A stretch of 62,886 bases of DNA, filler included. It is 6 parts of 6 records of this genome, joined end to end, with 100 filler letters (N's around TTAATTAATTAA, not from the genome) between each part and the next. Parts side by side here need not be neighbours in the genome. Positions count along the whole stretch, not along the records: positions 22,804 to 32,208 come from SRR31147125_2521; positions 32,309 to 54,104 come from SRR31147125_2528; 4 more parts are not named here. The stretch is one strand, 5' to 3'. The notes below the pieces were generated by a model. It saw nothing but the letters and a program-made list of their open reading frames with translations, had not been told where the DNA came from and ran no database searches. This document shows, in pieces, positions 32,112 to 43,100 of the stretch. How positions within the stretch are numbered: the first letter of the stretch is position 1; each line of letters starts with the position of its first letter. The position numbers were made by a program, and so were the translations under genes.

Positions 32112-32208
32112 GTCATTGCGAACCCTCTAGGGTGAAGCTCCTCCAAAGGCGGACACGAACCCAGGGTCCATAATTGTTTTATCTGGATTGCCGCGCTTCG
32201 CTCGCAAT
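32112..32208. repeat. interspersed palindromic repeat of the GTCATTGCGA...GGATTGCCGCGCTTCGCTCGCAAT(GAC) type
   Basis: Ends GTCATTGCGA and TCGCAAT are inverted complements; GC-rich in an AT-rich contig; lies at the contig break. Confidence 0.6.
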
Positions 32209-32308
32209 NNNNNNNNNNNNNNNNNNNNNNNNNNNNNNNNNNNNNNNNNNNNTTAATTAATTAANNNNNNNNNNNNNNNNNNNNNNNNNNNNNNNNNNNN
32301 NNNNNNNN
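32209..32308. other. artificial contig linker
   Basis: N44-TTAATTAATTAA-N44. Confidence 0.98.
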
Positions 32309-33188
32309 TTACAAAGTCAGAATTATTATTTACTTCTGAAGGTGGGTTGGGCATCTTTTCAAGTTCATTTGGTAATGGTTGCATTCTTCTTGGTGGCATC
32401 TTAATCCATATTTGGTTTTGTTCGATATTTGAAAACACCATATTATTCAAACCATATGTAAAAACATTTCCACAAACTTTATCCACTTGAATGTACTCAT
32501 CAAGATATATTATTTTGACTGAAAATAAGTCTACAACATCCCCATAACGCAATTGTTTTTTCTTTTTCTGTTCATCATTATAATCTATCAAAAAACTATT
32601 TACATATACCCCATTTGTGCTTCCCAAGTCTTCAACCCACATCTCACCAAAATCATTAAAATATAAAATACAATGCTGTGATGAAACTAGGTTTAACGCT
32701 GCATGATTAATACAGATATGACTTTTTTGCAATTTATTCTTATTCCTCATAATCTTGCTTGGAAAATCACTATTTGATTTATCAGAACCAATTGTTATTT
32801 CGCCTACACGATTTGTTAGAGCTGAACTCTGCATAATATCAACTAAAGTGTAATAGTTAGTTTCGCTTTGCTCACCAAACTCTAAATAAACAACGTGAAC
32901 ATTGTTATCTGCCAATACAAGATGAGCACTGTCTTTAGTTAGTTTTCCAACGCTCTCTACGTTGTTTTCGTGTTCATCAATAATCTCTACTGAAAAAAAC
33001 TTGCTATGCTTGCTAAGCATATAACGGTAACTCACTAACTCAGGAATCCAAAAATCATTATCAATATCACTCCCAACTGTTATCTGCTTTTTACCAAAGA
33101 CATCCGGATTAAACTCGTATGATTTTCTTGACGTATAGATTTTAATAATTCTTTCTTTTCTTCTCACAACGAAATCCTCACTTAACAC
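32309..33188 (-). CDS. FHA-domain protein, probable N-terminus of an EssC/YukB-like type VII secretion ATPase (truncated)
   Basis: Degenerate FHA (ITVGS) plus FHA (ITIGS...VSSQH...VEDLGSTNGVYVN...LRYGD), then IKMPPRRMQPLPNE...PNPP resembling the EssC post-FHA linker. Likely start is GTG 33167. Confidence 0.6.
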
Positions 33189-33240
33189 TTTTAGATATAT
33201 ATACTATCTATTAATCAAAGTTTAAATAGTAAAACTGTTA

Positions 33241-34158
33241 TTATACTCTCATTATAATTACTGTAGCATTATCTTGGTTCGGTATTGCTTTTTCTTTAAT
33301 AGATTCAATTATGCTGTCAACTATTCTTTTTACACTATAGTCTATTTTTAACAGCTCCTCTAAAATTTCTTTTTCAGATAGTGTATTTGTTACACCGTCG
33401 CTACACAGCAATACTAAATCGCCACTTTCAAGACTTATCGGTTTAGTAGAAATATCTAAAACATCTATTCCTCCCATTCCAATATAACTTATCAAAGCTC
33501 CTTTTTGCGGATGATTCTTAGCTTGCTCTTTATTTATTTCCCCCGTTTGAACCATCTTCGTAAGTTCGAGCTCATATGTATGATCTTCTGATATTTGAAT
33601 TAAACTATTGTTTTTTACTATATAAATTCTACTATCACCAACTGATGCCCAATACATATTGTCATTATCCAAAATAACACTAACTAAAGTTGTTCCCGTG
33701 TCTAAATTATAACCTTGCTTGTTTTCAAACTTTGCAATTTTATCATCGATTTTAAGGATAACAGTTTTGTAAAAATTATATGGATTCACTTTTGTTTCGC
33801 TATTCATAAAAACATCACATAAATATTCCACACCAGCTCCGCTAGCTACATCTCCATCCTCCATGCCGCCCATACCATCACATAAAACTGTTAATATCTG
33901 ACCATAGTTAGATTCAACTATTGAAAAATTGTCCTGTTGGTACTCCCTATTCCCTATATACGAATAGCCATACAACTCTTTGTTTTTTGTAATTACTGTT
34001 TGATTATACTTTTGATATATTTTAGGCGTTTTTGAGACTTTTTTACTAGTTAATCGCTGATAATTATTTCTTTTCAGTAATTTTTTTATTAAAAATATAT
34101 TCAAAATTATCAATAATAAAATTCCTGCTCCAATTAAATATAAGTTCATATACATCAC
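33241..34158 (-). CDS. PP2C-family Ser/Thr phosphatase with N-terminal membrane anchor
   Basis: IGNREYQQD, LCDGMGG, GTT, SVGDSRIY, EDH, LLCSDG, QDNAT. Confidence 0.92.
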   Translation of the reverse strand: MMYMNLYLIGAGILLLIILNIFLIKKLLKRNNYQRLTSKKVSKTPKIYQKYNQTVITKNKELYGYSYIGNREYQQDNFSIVESNYGQILTVLCDGMGGMEDGDVASGAGVEYLCDVFMNSETKVNPYNFYKTVILKIDDKIAKFENKQGYNLDTGTTLVSVILDNDNMYWASVGDSRIYIVKNNSLIQISEDHTYELELTKMVQTGEINKEQAKNHPQKGALISYIGMGGIDVLDISTKPISLESGDLVLLCSDGVTNTLSEKEILEELLKIDYSVKRIVDSIIESIKEKAIPNQDNATVIIMRV

Positions 34159-34165
34159 CGATTTA

Positions 34166-35794
34166 CTAATCTAAGTACTCTATAGTATGTTGCCCTACAC
34201 CTATCTTATCTCCAATACAAAGCTCTATCTTATCTGTAACTTCTTCACCATTTAAGAATGTTCCGTTTGTTGAATCATTATCCAATAAATACAATCCATC
34301 TTTATTCAATACAATCGTACAGTGTAATCTAGAAAGTTCATCGTCATCCAAATTTATATCAGCCTCTGAGCCTCTTCCAATTGTCAGCCTATCTACTATT
34401 ACTTCATTAATATCTATCTCATAACCATCAAGATCAGCGCACTTTAACCTAATCCTTACACCATCTGAAATTTTATTTTTGCTTAACATAATAATTATTA
34501 AAACAACTGTAATTAAGCCTAGTGCAATAAATACAATAATCAATCCCCACTTGACTTTTTCTACTTCCTGTTTTACTTCAGGAGTAAATGATACTTGTTG
34601 TCTATCTAATTTGTTTTTTTCCATCGAGTAATCTGATATTCCGTATGTCGACAATGTATACTCTTCATTTTTTAGCGAATCACTTAACTGCAACACAGCT
34701 TTCTTATCTTTATATGTCGAACTAATAATTGAAATACTATCCCCGCCAGCACTCTTCAATTCATAGCTACTAGCTTTTTCAGCATTTATCACTTTTTCAC
34801 TAAAATTAATGATAATCTTTTTCTCACCGTCATTCTTCACATTTGTAATCCTAGGCAATGATGTATCCTTAATATAGTCTGATAGTTGAACTGTCTTCGT
34901 ACCTTGCATACTTGATTCACCATCTGTAAACTCAACCTTAAGCGTTGCTTCATTTTGGGTTATCATATTATCACTTGATATACATTTAATAAAATAGCCT
35001 ATGTTAACATCAGTAAGAACATCATCAACACTTTTCTCAATTTCCTTTTCAAAGTATACATTCGCACCTGTGCTCCTAGATAATTCTCCCAACAGACTTA
35101 TATTTTCCGATTTTGATGAAGGCACCGCAACAGAGAAAATTGGAACTTCTGCTACTTCAACCTGTTTTCTAAATTCATTGTCAGTAACTCCTGCCTGAGA
35201 ATAGTCTTTGCCATCTGTAATTAAAATCATTACTTTTCTTTGAGGTAAATCCAAGCTGTCCGACTTTGCTATATTTACGGCTTTATAAACAGCGTCCTTG
35301 AATTTCGTTCCTTTGGAATTGTTCTTTAAGTTTTCAACCTTGTTTTTAGCTTGCTCTCTATCCTCTTCACCTTTTAGCAAAACATTTACCTGTTCTCCAA
35401 AAGTAATTAGAATAAATGAATCATTAACTCCTATACCACTAATCCATGTATTTAGTTTTGCTTTAACAATCTCAAAATCCTTTGAGCGTATTGATCCTGA
35501 AACATCCAAAAGAACAATATACGTATTTCCATTTTCGTTATTTCTAAAATTAGATATCTTTTTCACATCTAATTCTTCGTCTTGCAATATAACTTTTAAT
35601 TTTTGTGCATCAATGTTTCCTTTATTTACTACGTTTTGATCTTCATCAATAAATTTAAAATATACTTCAATCTCAGGCTTGTTAACTAACCCTTTCTCAA
35701 TATCAATCCTAGTAAAATCATCCTTAGCATAAGCAACACTAGATACGGAAAAAAATAATATTAAAAATAATAAAAAGCCACAAAAATTTTTCAT
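34166..35794 (-). CDS. secreted vWA + Ig-like domain, TM, cytoplasmic FHA protein
   Basis: Signal peptide; MIDAS DVSGS and ILITDG; INFSEKV Ig-like; TM; IGRG...SRLH...DSTNGTFLNG FHA. Confidence 0.88.
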   Translation of the reverse strand: MKNFCGFLLFLILFFSVSSVAYAKDDFTRIDIEKGLVNKPEIEVYFKFIDEDQNVVNKGNIDAQKLKVILQDEELDVKKISNFRNNENGNTYIVLLDVSGSIRSKDFEIVKAKLNTWISGIGVNDSFILITFGEQVNVLLKGEEDREQAKNKVENLKNNSKGTKFKDAVYKAVNIAKSDSLDLPQRKVMILITDGKDYSQAGVTDNEFRKQVEVAEVPIFSVAVPSSKSENISLLGELSRSTGANVYFEKEIEKSVDDVLTDVNIGYFIKCISSDNMITQNEATLKVEFTDGESSMQGTKTVQLSDYIKDTSLPRITNVKNDGEKKIIINFSEKVINAEKASSYELKSAGGDSISIISSTYKDKKAVLQLSDSLKNEEYTLSTYGISDYSMEKNKLDRQQVSFTPEVKQEVEKVKWGLIIVFIALGLITVVLIIIMLSKNKISDGVRIRLKCADLDGYEIDINEVIVDRLTIGRGSEADINLDDDELSRLHCTIVLNKDGLYLLDNDSTNGTFLNGEEVTDKIELCIGDKIGVGQHTIEYLD

Positions 35795-35803
35795 TTATTA
35801 CAC

Positions 35804-36550
35804 CTACCCTATTTTAACTACTATCGCAGAGTAATTATCCATTTTCTTTCTAATACCTTTTTTCTCAACTATTGACTTCATAGCCAACAGCCAATCATCA
35901 ATCTCAGAACTGTTTTCTAAACATCTAAGCATCTCTTTTTCAGTAATCAGCTCCCAAAAACCATCAGAGCATAGAAGAAATGCATCTCCACTTTTTATAT
36001 CTATTGGTTTTTCCAGCAACTCAAATTTATCTTTACCCTGCCAATCAGATCCCACAACTTTTAATAGGCGATTACGGTCCTCATGATTACGAATATCAGC
36101 TGGTTTTATTCTGCCGATTTGTACTAAGGCTTGCGGTACACTATGGTCTTTTGTCATATACTTTAGTGCTTTTCCACTAAACATATATAGCCTAGAATCA
36201 CCAATATGTCCCCAAAAGGCTTTATCACGTTCAATAGCTAAAACTACTAATGTTGATTTCGCTTTACTATTTTGCAATTCGTTTTGTATAACATCAATAA
36301 GCTGTTTTTGGCTGTTTCTAAAACTTAAAGCTGTTTTATCCTGAATATTCAATCTCTCTTTTTGTAAAAATGTCTCAACAACAGCATTTACACATATATT
36401 TGAAGCAACCTCACCATGCCCATGTCCACCTAAACCATCAGCAAGAATAAATAATTCAGTATTACCACATGTTGCAATCCTAATACTATCCTCATTACGT
36501 CTCATATTTCCTATATTTGTTATTCCTTTTGACTTTAAAAATATTGGCAT
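35804..36550 (-). CDS. PP2C-family Ser/Thr phosphatase
   Basis: RRNED, LADGLGGH..GEVAS, HIGDSRLY, TKDHS, LLCSDGFWE, DNYSA. Confidence 0.92.
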   Translation of the reverse strand: MPIFLKSKGITNIGNMRRNEDSIRIATCGNTELFILADGLGGHGHGEVASNICVNAVVETFLQKERLNIQDKTALSFRNSQKQLIDVIQNELQNSKAKSTLVVLAIERDKAFWGHIGDSRLYMFSGKALKYMTKDHSVPQALVQIGRIKPADIRNHEDRNRLLKVVGSDWQGKDKFELLEKPIDIKSGDAFLLCSDGFWELITEKEMLRCLENSSEIDDWLLAMKSIVEKKGIRKKMDNYSAIVVKIG

Positions 36551-36678
36551 ATAATTACATCCTGTTTTTTATATAATAATATTTTACACAATCTATTTGT
36601 AATTTTGTTACAGATGGATTATAATCGCTACATATTGGTTTAAAATTACATTTAATATCACCTAGTGAGAGGTATTTA

Positions 36679-37398
36679 TTGATGACTCATAACATATTAG
36701 TCCTAGAAGATAACGAAATTCAAAGACAACATTTAAAAAAAATAATCAATGCATATGATTTAAATTATCGTGCATACATATGCAAAAATATTTCCGAAGC
36801 CTTAGAAGTGTACAGCAAGAAAAGCATATCACTATATATCTTAGATGTTCATCTTGGCAATGAGAATGGAATAGAATTTGCAAAGTATGTAATAAAACAA
36901 AATAAAAATAATCCTGTGAAGCTTATCTTCGTATCTGCTCATAGACAATATGCTTTAAAGGCAATAAACGAAACCCATTGCTTTGACTATCTCTTAAAAC
37001 CTTATTCAAAATTTGATTTATATAAAGTAATGGCAGAAATAATGGATCTGCAAGTCAAAAAAAATACTGTACATCAATTTATCCACTTCTATATAAATAA
37101 ATATAAAATTAGTCTTAACATATATGATATTGTATATATTGAGTATATTGATAGAAAGTTAAATGTAGTAACCACAGATAAAAAATATTTGTGTTCTCGA
37201 AAATCGTTATCTACTATTACTCAAGAACTCGAAGATAACTCTATATATGATTTAGTCAGATGTCATAAATCTTATATGGTTAATAAAAAACATATTACTA
37301 AAATTAATATGAATTCGCGAAATTCACATATAAACACAATTAGAGGTAGTATACCTTCATCTAAAGTATATTTAGATAATATAAAAAATTTAATTTAA
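36679..37398 (+). CDS. LytTR-family response regulator (AgrA/VirR-like)
   Basis: ILVLED, YILDVHL..NG, FVSAH, DYLLKP; LytTR IVYIE...RCHKSYMVN. Confidence 0.92.
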   Translation: MMTHNILVLEDNEIQRQHLKKIINAYDLNYRAYICKNISEALEVYSKKSISLYILDVHLGNENGIEFAKYVIKQNKNNPVKLIFVSAHRQYALKAINETHCFDYLLKPYSKFDLYKVMAEIMDLQVKKNTVHQFIHFYINKYKISLNIYDIVYIEYIDRKLNVVTTDKKYLCSRKSLSTITQELEDNSIYDLVRCHKSYMVNKKHITKINMNSRNSHINTIRGSIPSSKVYLDNIKNLI

Positions 37399-37578
37399 TT
37401 CATTTCAGACCACAAAAAATCACATTTAATCCAACAATTAACTATCGTTTCTTGAATAGTGCTATTTTATTATATATAAATTTGTAGATATAACTCTATG
37501 ATTCAGTTATATATATATTGATATTTTGTCCTGTTTCATAGTTTGTTATTTTATATAATAATTTTTAGGAGGTACAAT

Positions 37579-40110
37579 ATGGATTTAAACTCTTTGTGTC
37601 ATAGTTGCTTAGAAGGCACAATTGTAAATGGTACATGTGATCAATGCGGATATTCAGGTGAGAATGATCAAGACAATTCTGTTTGTTTGCCAAAAGGTAC
37701 AATACTCAATGATAAATATGTTGTGGGTTCAGTATTAGGCATTGGTGGTTTTGGAATAACCTACAAAGCTATGGATTATAATTTGGGAATAAAATATGCC
37801 ATAAAAGAATTTTTTCCTGAAGGTCTTTGTATACGCCAAAACGATAACATATCTATACAAAAGTTTTCTGGAAGTGCTGGAGATGATTATGATTACGGTT
37901 TAGAAAGCTTTGTTCGCGAGGGCGAAACCATGGCTCTATTTAATAAGATTTCATCAATAGTAAAAATCCATAATTATTTTCATGAAAATGGAACTGCTTA
38001 CATTGCTATGGAGTATTTAGAAGGCGAAACTTTGAAATCTTACTTAAAAAAACTACCGGATGAAAAAATGCAGTGGAATGATGTAAAAGAATTTATCAAA
38101 CCTGTAATACAAGCTTTAAAAGTTGTTCATAATCATGGAATAATTCACCGAGATATAGCCCCTGATAATATCTTTATTACAAGTAATGGAGAAATAAAAG
38201 TATTAGACTTTGGTGCCGCAAGGCAAGCACTTGGTGACAAGTCAAAAAGTCTATCTGTTATTTTGAAACAAGGTTATGCTCCTCCAGAGCAATATACTTC
38301 AAGAGGTAAGCAAAAAGCATGGACAGATATATATGCTCTTGCCGCAACAATGTACAAAATGTTAACAGGTCAAACTCCGCCGGAAGCTATGGAGCGAATG
38401 ACTGGTGAATCAATGGATACACCAATTGAAATGGGTGCTGTAATTTCTGTAAGTGTTAACAATACAATAATGAAAGCATTAGAGTGCGAATACCAAAAGA
38501 GACAACCAAGTATTGATGAGTTCGAATTAGAATTATTTGAAAACGATGGTGAAATTGATATCAAAGCAATAAAAAAAGCAATTAGAAAGAAGAAAATGAA
38601 AAAGCGCATTATTCTTTTTTCTTCAGTTGCTGCAGGCTTAATTGCAATAGGCTTAGTAGTGTATTTCAGTTTTTCTAGTCCGAACGACATTACTGTATTG
38701 AGCAGAGTTGAAATACCTCCTGTAGTAGTATCGGATTTTGATAATGAGCAGTTTGAAAAAATTATCCGCGAATGCTTAAACAAACCAAATGGCGATCTTT
38801 ATGAACATGAGTTGTCTGAAATCACACACCTAACTATATATGGAGATGAGTATTACTCTATAAATAATAAGCAAGAATGGAATCTAGATTATTGGAGAGA
38901 TCACATCTATTATATTGATGGTGAAAAGCATAGTGGCAGTGGTAATTTTAGCAATCTCAATGACATAGACAAATTGCCAAATCTAACTGCTTTAGATGTT
39001 AGATTCAATAGCGTCTCTGACTTAACACCAATAATTGAGCACGGCAACATTAAATTTTTAAATCTAGCTTCAAATAAAATTACTGATATTTCTGCTCTTT
39101 CTGAAATTAATGGTTTAATTTCAGTAAACGTATCTGGCAACCCTCTGCCATTAGGTAGTACCACTTTATCTACAACTAAAGATATGATGGATAAAAAAAC
39201 AGTTATCATCAACCAAAGGTATAACGACAGATTAATTGCTGCAAATAGAAATCATTTTATTGCACTTGTTGATGATGGAACTGTTGCAGTGCACTCATCT
39301 GTAAAGGATAATTTAAAGCATCCAAAATACAAAATTGCAGACTGGACAAACATAGTATCAGTTGATAATGGATTAAATCATACAGTTGGGCTAATGGAAA
39401 ATGGGATTGCATTAGCAGTGGGTTCAAATGAGAAATATGGCCAATGCAATGTTCAAGAATGGAAAGATATTGTTGAAATAGTCTGTGGAGGTGCAATTTC
39501 AGTTGGCTTAAAAGAAGACGGTACAGTTACTGCAATAGGTTCAAACAGCGGAAGAGTTGACATATGGAATTGGCAAGATATCGTTTCGCTTGATGCATAT
39601 GATCAAGTTGTTGTTGGAGTAAAATCTGATGGTACAATAGAATCAACATACTGGTTTGGAAATTTGAAGTATCAAAACTATATATCTCAAAGAGAATATG
39701 AGTGGGAAAACATTGTAGATGTTGCAGTTGGAGCTAGACATACCGTTGGTTTAAAAAATGATGGTACTGTGCTAGCCGTTGGAAAGAATAGCGCAAAACA
39801 ATGCGAAGTATCGGAATGGACTGATATTGTTGATTTAGCAGCAGGTGAATTACATACTATTGGTTTAAAGTCTGACGGTACTGTACTGGCCACTGGTTGG
39901 ATCAAAGGCGGAAGGTGCGATGTATCTGACTGGACAGATATAATAGATGTAGATGCCTCTAGCGATTATACTATAGGTCTAAAAGCTGATGGAACTATAC
40001 TAGTTGCTGGAAACTCATATCTTGAAACCGAAATCGTAGATTGGAATATTAACAAACCGAGTAGCATTACTACTAACGAAGCTACTAAATTGGAGGAAGA
40101 TGTACAATGA
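37579..40110 (+). CDS. membrane Hanks-type Ser/Thr kinase with Zn-ribbon, short LRR block and RCC1/BLIP-II-like propeller ectodomain
   Basis: AGGAGG RBS before ATG 37579; CxxC..CxxC; GIGGFG, AIKE, HRDIAPDN, DFG, PPEQ; TM; LRR; repeated HTVGLKxDGTVxAxG..GQCxVxxWxDIV. Confidence 0.92.
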   Translation: MDLNSLCHSCLEGTIVNGTCDQCGYSGENDQDNSVCLPKGTILNDKYVVGSVLGIGGFGITYKAMDYNLGIKYAIKEFFPEGLCIRQNDNISIQKFSGSAGDDYDYGLESFVREGETMALFNKISSIVKIHNYFHENGTAYIAMEYLEGETLKSYLKKLPDEKMQWNDVKEFIKPVIQALKVVHNHGIIHRDIAPDNIFITSNGEIKVLDFGAARQALGDKSKSLSVILKQGYAPPEQYTSRGKQKAWTDIYALAATMYKMLTGQTPPEAMERMTGESMDTPIEMGAVISVSVNNTIMKALECEYQKRQPSIDEFELELFENDGEIDIKAIKKAIRKKKMKKRIILFSSVAAGLIAIGLVVYFSFSSPNDITVLSRVEIPPVVVSDFDNEQFEKIIRECLNKPNGDLYEHELSEITHLTIYGDEYYSINNKQEWNLDYWRDHIYYIDGEKHSGSGNFSNLNDIDKLPNLTALDVRFNSVSDLTPIIEHGNIKFLNLASNKITDISALSEINGLISVNVSGNPLPLGSTTLSTTKDMMDKKTVIINQRYNDRLIAANRNHFIALVDDGTVAVHSSVKDNLKHPKYKIADWTNIVSVDNGLNHTVGLMENGIALAVGSNEKYGQCNVQEWKDIVEIVCGGAISVGLKEDGTVTAIGSNSGRVDIWNWQDIVSLDAYDQVVVGVKSDGTIESTYWFGNLKYQNYISQREYEWENIVDVAVGARHTVGLKNDGTVLAVGKNSAKQCEVSEWTDIVDLAAGELHTIGLKSDGTVLATGWIKGGRCDVSDWTDIIDVDASSDYTIGLKADGTILVAGNSYLETEIVDWNINKPSSITTNEATKLEEDVQ

Positions 40111-43100
40111 CAACTAATTTCTGTTATAAATGTTTTAATGAGCTAAACGAAAATGAAAATACATGTCCAATTTGCGGATATACCTATCATGCTCAATCTG
40201 AAAATGCTGTAAATCTTAAACCTGGAACAATTTTGAAGGGAAAGTATTTAATTGGTGAAGTTTTAGGTCACGGTGGTTTTGGAATTACTTATATAGCAAT
40301 TGACTTAACTCTAAATATCAAGTATGCGATTAAGGAATTCTTCCCTGAGGGTTTATGCGGAAGAGGAAAAGATGAAGTAACTGTTCAATCCTATACCGGA
40401 ACAGATGGTGAAAACTACGAAAAAGGGCTTAATAGTTTTCTTGAAGAAGGTAAAACTATGGCTATGTTCAACAAGGTTGAAAGCATAGTTCAAATCGAAG
40501 AATACTTTGAAGAGAACGGTACAGCTTATATCGTTATGGAGTATCTTGACGGTGTAGATTTAAGCGCATATTTAAAAAAACAACCAAATAGTATACTCAA
40601 TTGGGAACAGACATCAACAATCATAAAGCCGATAATGACCGCTCTAGTTGAAGTTCATAAAAAGAAAATTATTCACAGAGATATTTCTCCAGACAACATT
40701 TTTATTACGAAAGACAATACAGTAAAATTATTGGATTTTGGTGCCGCTAGGCTTGCTTCAGAAGACAATCAAAAGAGTCTATCAGTTGTTTTAAAGCAAG
40801 GTTATGCTCCACCTGAACAATATTACACAAGAGGCGAGCAAGGTCCTTGGACTGATGTTTACGCTCTTTCAGCAACAATTTATAAAATGCTTACTGGTGA
40901 AAGACTTTGTGAAGCTATGGATCGTATGATGGGCGAAGAGTTAATTTCTGTGCAAGAAAAAGGCGTAGCTGTAAATGATATTGTTGATAAAGCAATGTCT
41001 ATTGCTCTCCGTGTTGACCATCAAAAAAGATACAAAAATGTTAAAGAATTTGAACGTGCAATATTTAGGTCATATACAATAAAAGAGGACAATTTATTTA
41101 ATATTCTTAAGTCTATCGCCAAAGAAAAGAAGCCTATCGGTGATAAGATTTCATATTTAAAAGCTCTTTTCATCGAAATTTGCATACTTGCTTATGATTC
41201 TACTATCAAAGGGGCAAAGTGGCTATGGAAGCAAATAAAAAGATACTATGCTAAACTGTTTATTAGGGAATTCAGAGATAGAAAATTCATTAAAAACTTT
41301 AGCATATCTACAGCATCTCTTGTTTTTACAATAACCGCATATATATTATTCTTCACTGGAGGTCCCCTTTCTTTAATCAACAATCCAAATCATGTTATTA
41401 AGTTCAATGACGAAGCGATTGAGCAAAGTGTTCGAGCATCTTTAAATAATTTTGAAGGAAATATATTATATAAAAATTTACAAGATGTTAAATCTCTTAG
41501 TATTGAAGCAGATGAAATTGACTCTGCTAAGGATTTGAGAAAGCTCTATAACCTGCAAGCTTTAAAGTTGAGTGAAGAATTTGTCTTGTCTAATGAATTC
41601 AAACAAAACAGAAGTGTCATCAAAAAAGTCTCGAAAGAAGGATATGTATATGTAGCTATCGATTCTATATCTAATCTAGATACTATAACAAAATCAGTTA
41701 GAGGTCTTGATGGGTTAGAAATATCTAACCTTTCAACTACTGATTACGAACATATAATTAATCTATTTGAAGATAAAGATTATACTTATTTATCATTAGT
41801 TAACTATGATTTAAACATAAATGTTAATGATATCGGCGGGTTAAAAAAACTTGAGGTATTAGAATTAAAACAAACAGAAGAAAATAACATTATAGATATT
41901 GATAACTTGGATTTTTTAAACTCAATAAATGCACTAAAATCTTTGTCAATAATCAACTGTAATCCAGTAGATTTATCTGTATTAAACCATAGTAGAACAT
42001 TAGAAAAACTTATAGTAAATGGCACAGTTTCTAATGAAATAGCAGGTATAACTGATATACTTCCTATTTCTAACTTCGCAAATCTAAAGGAACTAAGCCT
42101 GATAGACTGTTCTGGATTAAATGACTTATCTTCACTTTCAAGTTTAAAGCAATTAGAAACACTTAAATTAGTAAATGCATTTGAAGAAGAAGTAAACTTG
42201 ACTGACTTAATTCCAATTTCGAGAATGACTAATCTTCAGAGTCTTTCTCTTGAAAACTTTTCAAAACTAGAAGATATTAATCCTTTAAGTAACTTAACAT
42301 CGTTAAAGGAATTATCACTAAACAACTGTAGCTCTGTTAAAAATATCGATGCATTATTTAATTTTAAATCTCTATCATATCTAGATTTAAATAATTTAAA
42401 TAGTATTAAAGATATAGATGCCCTACAAGGATTAACAGATCTTTATTATCTTGATTTAACCAATTGTAGCGGTATTTTTTCAATAGATTCTATAAAAAAT
42501 AATACAAAAATTAGATATTTATATTTATCAAATTGTGTAAATATCAGTGATATTTCTGCAATAAAAGATTTTACTCAAATGAAAGATTTAAATCTATCCA
42601 AATGTAGTAAAATTGAAAACGTTGATGTTCTAAATGATATGAAAAAGCTTGTTAATCTTGATCTTACTGATTGTTTTATGATTTCTGATATTTCATCAAT
42701 CTCAAACTCAAGTGAGATTAAAAACCTCAGTTTAGATAATTGCCTAAACATAGATGATATTTCAGCTCTTTCAAAGTTAACTAAGCTTGAATGTTTAAAT
42801 ATTAATAACCTTACAAAAATAAATAGTGTTGATTCGATAAAGAATATGGGTAATCTAGCTGAACTCAAAATGGCATACTGTTATAATATATCAGATATTT
42901 CATGTTTTAGTAATCTAATCAATCTCGAAACATTGGATATAAGTTTTTGTAATAATATTTCTGATGTTTCTTCGATGCAGAACCTGACATCTCTTGTAAC
43001 GTTGAATGCAGAGAATTGCTATTCAATCAATAATATTGATGCTTTTTCAGAATTATCATCACTAGATTATTTAAATATATCAAATTCTGATTCCTTATCT

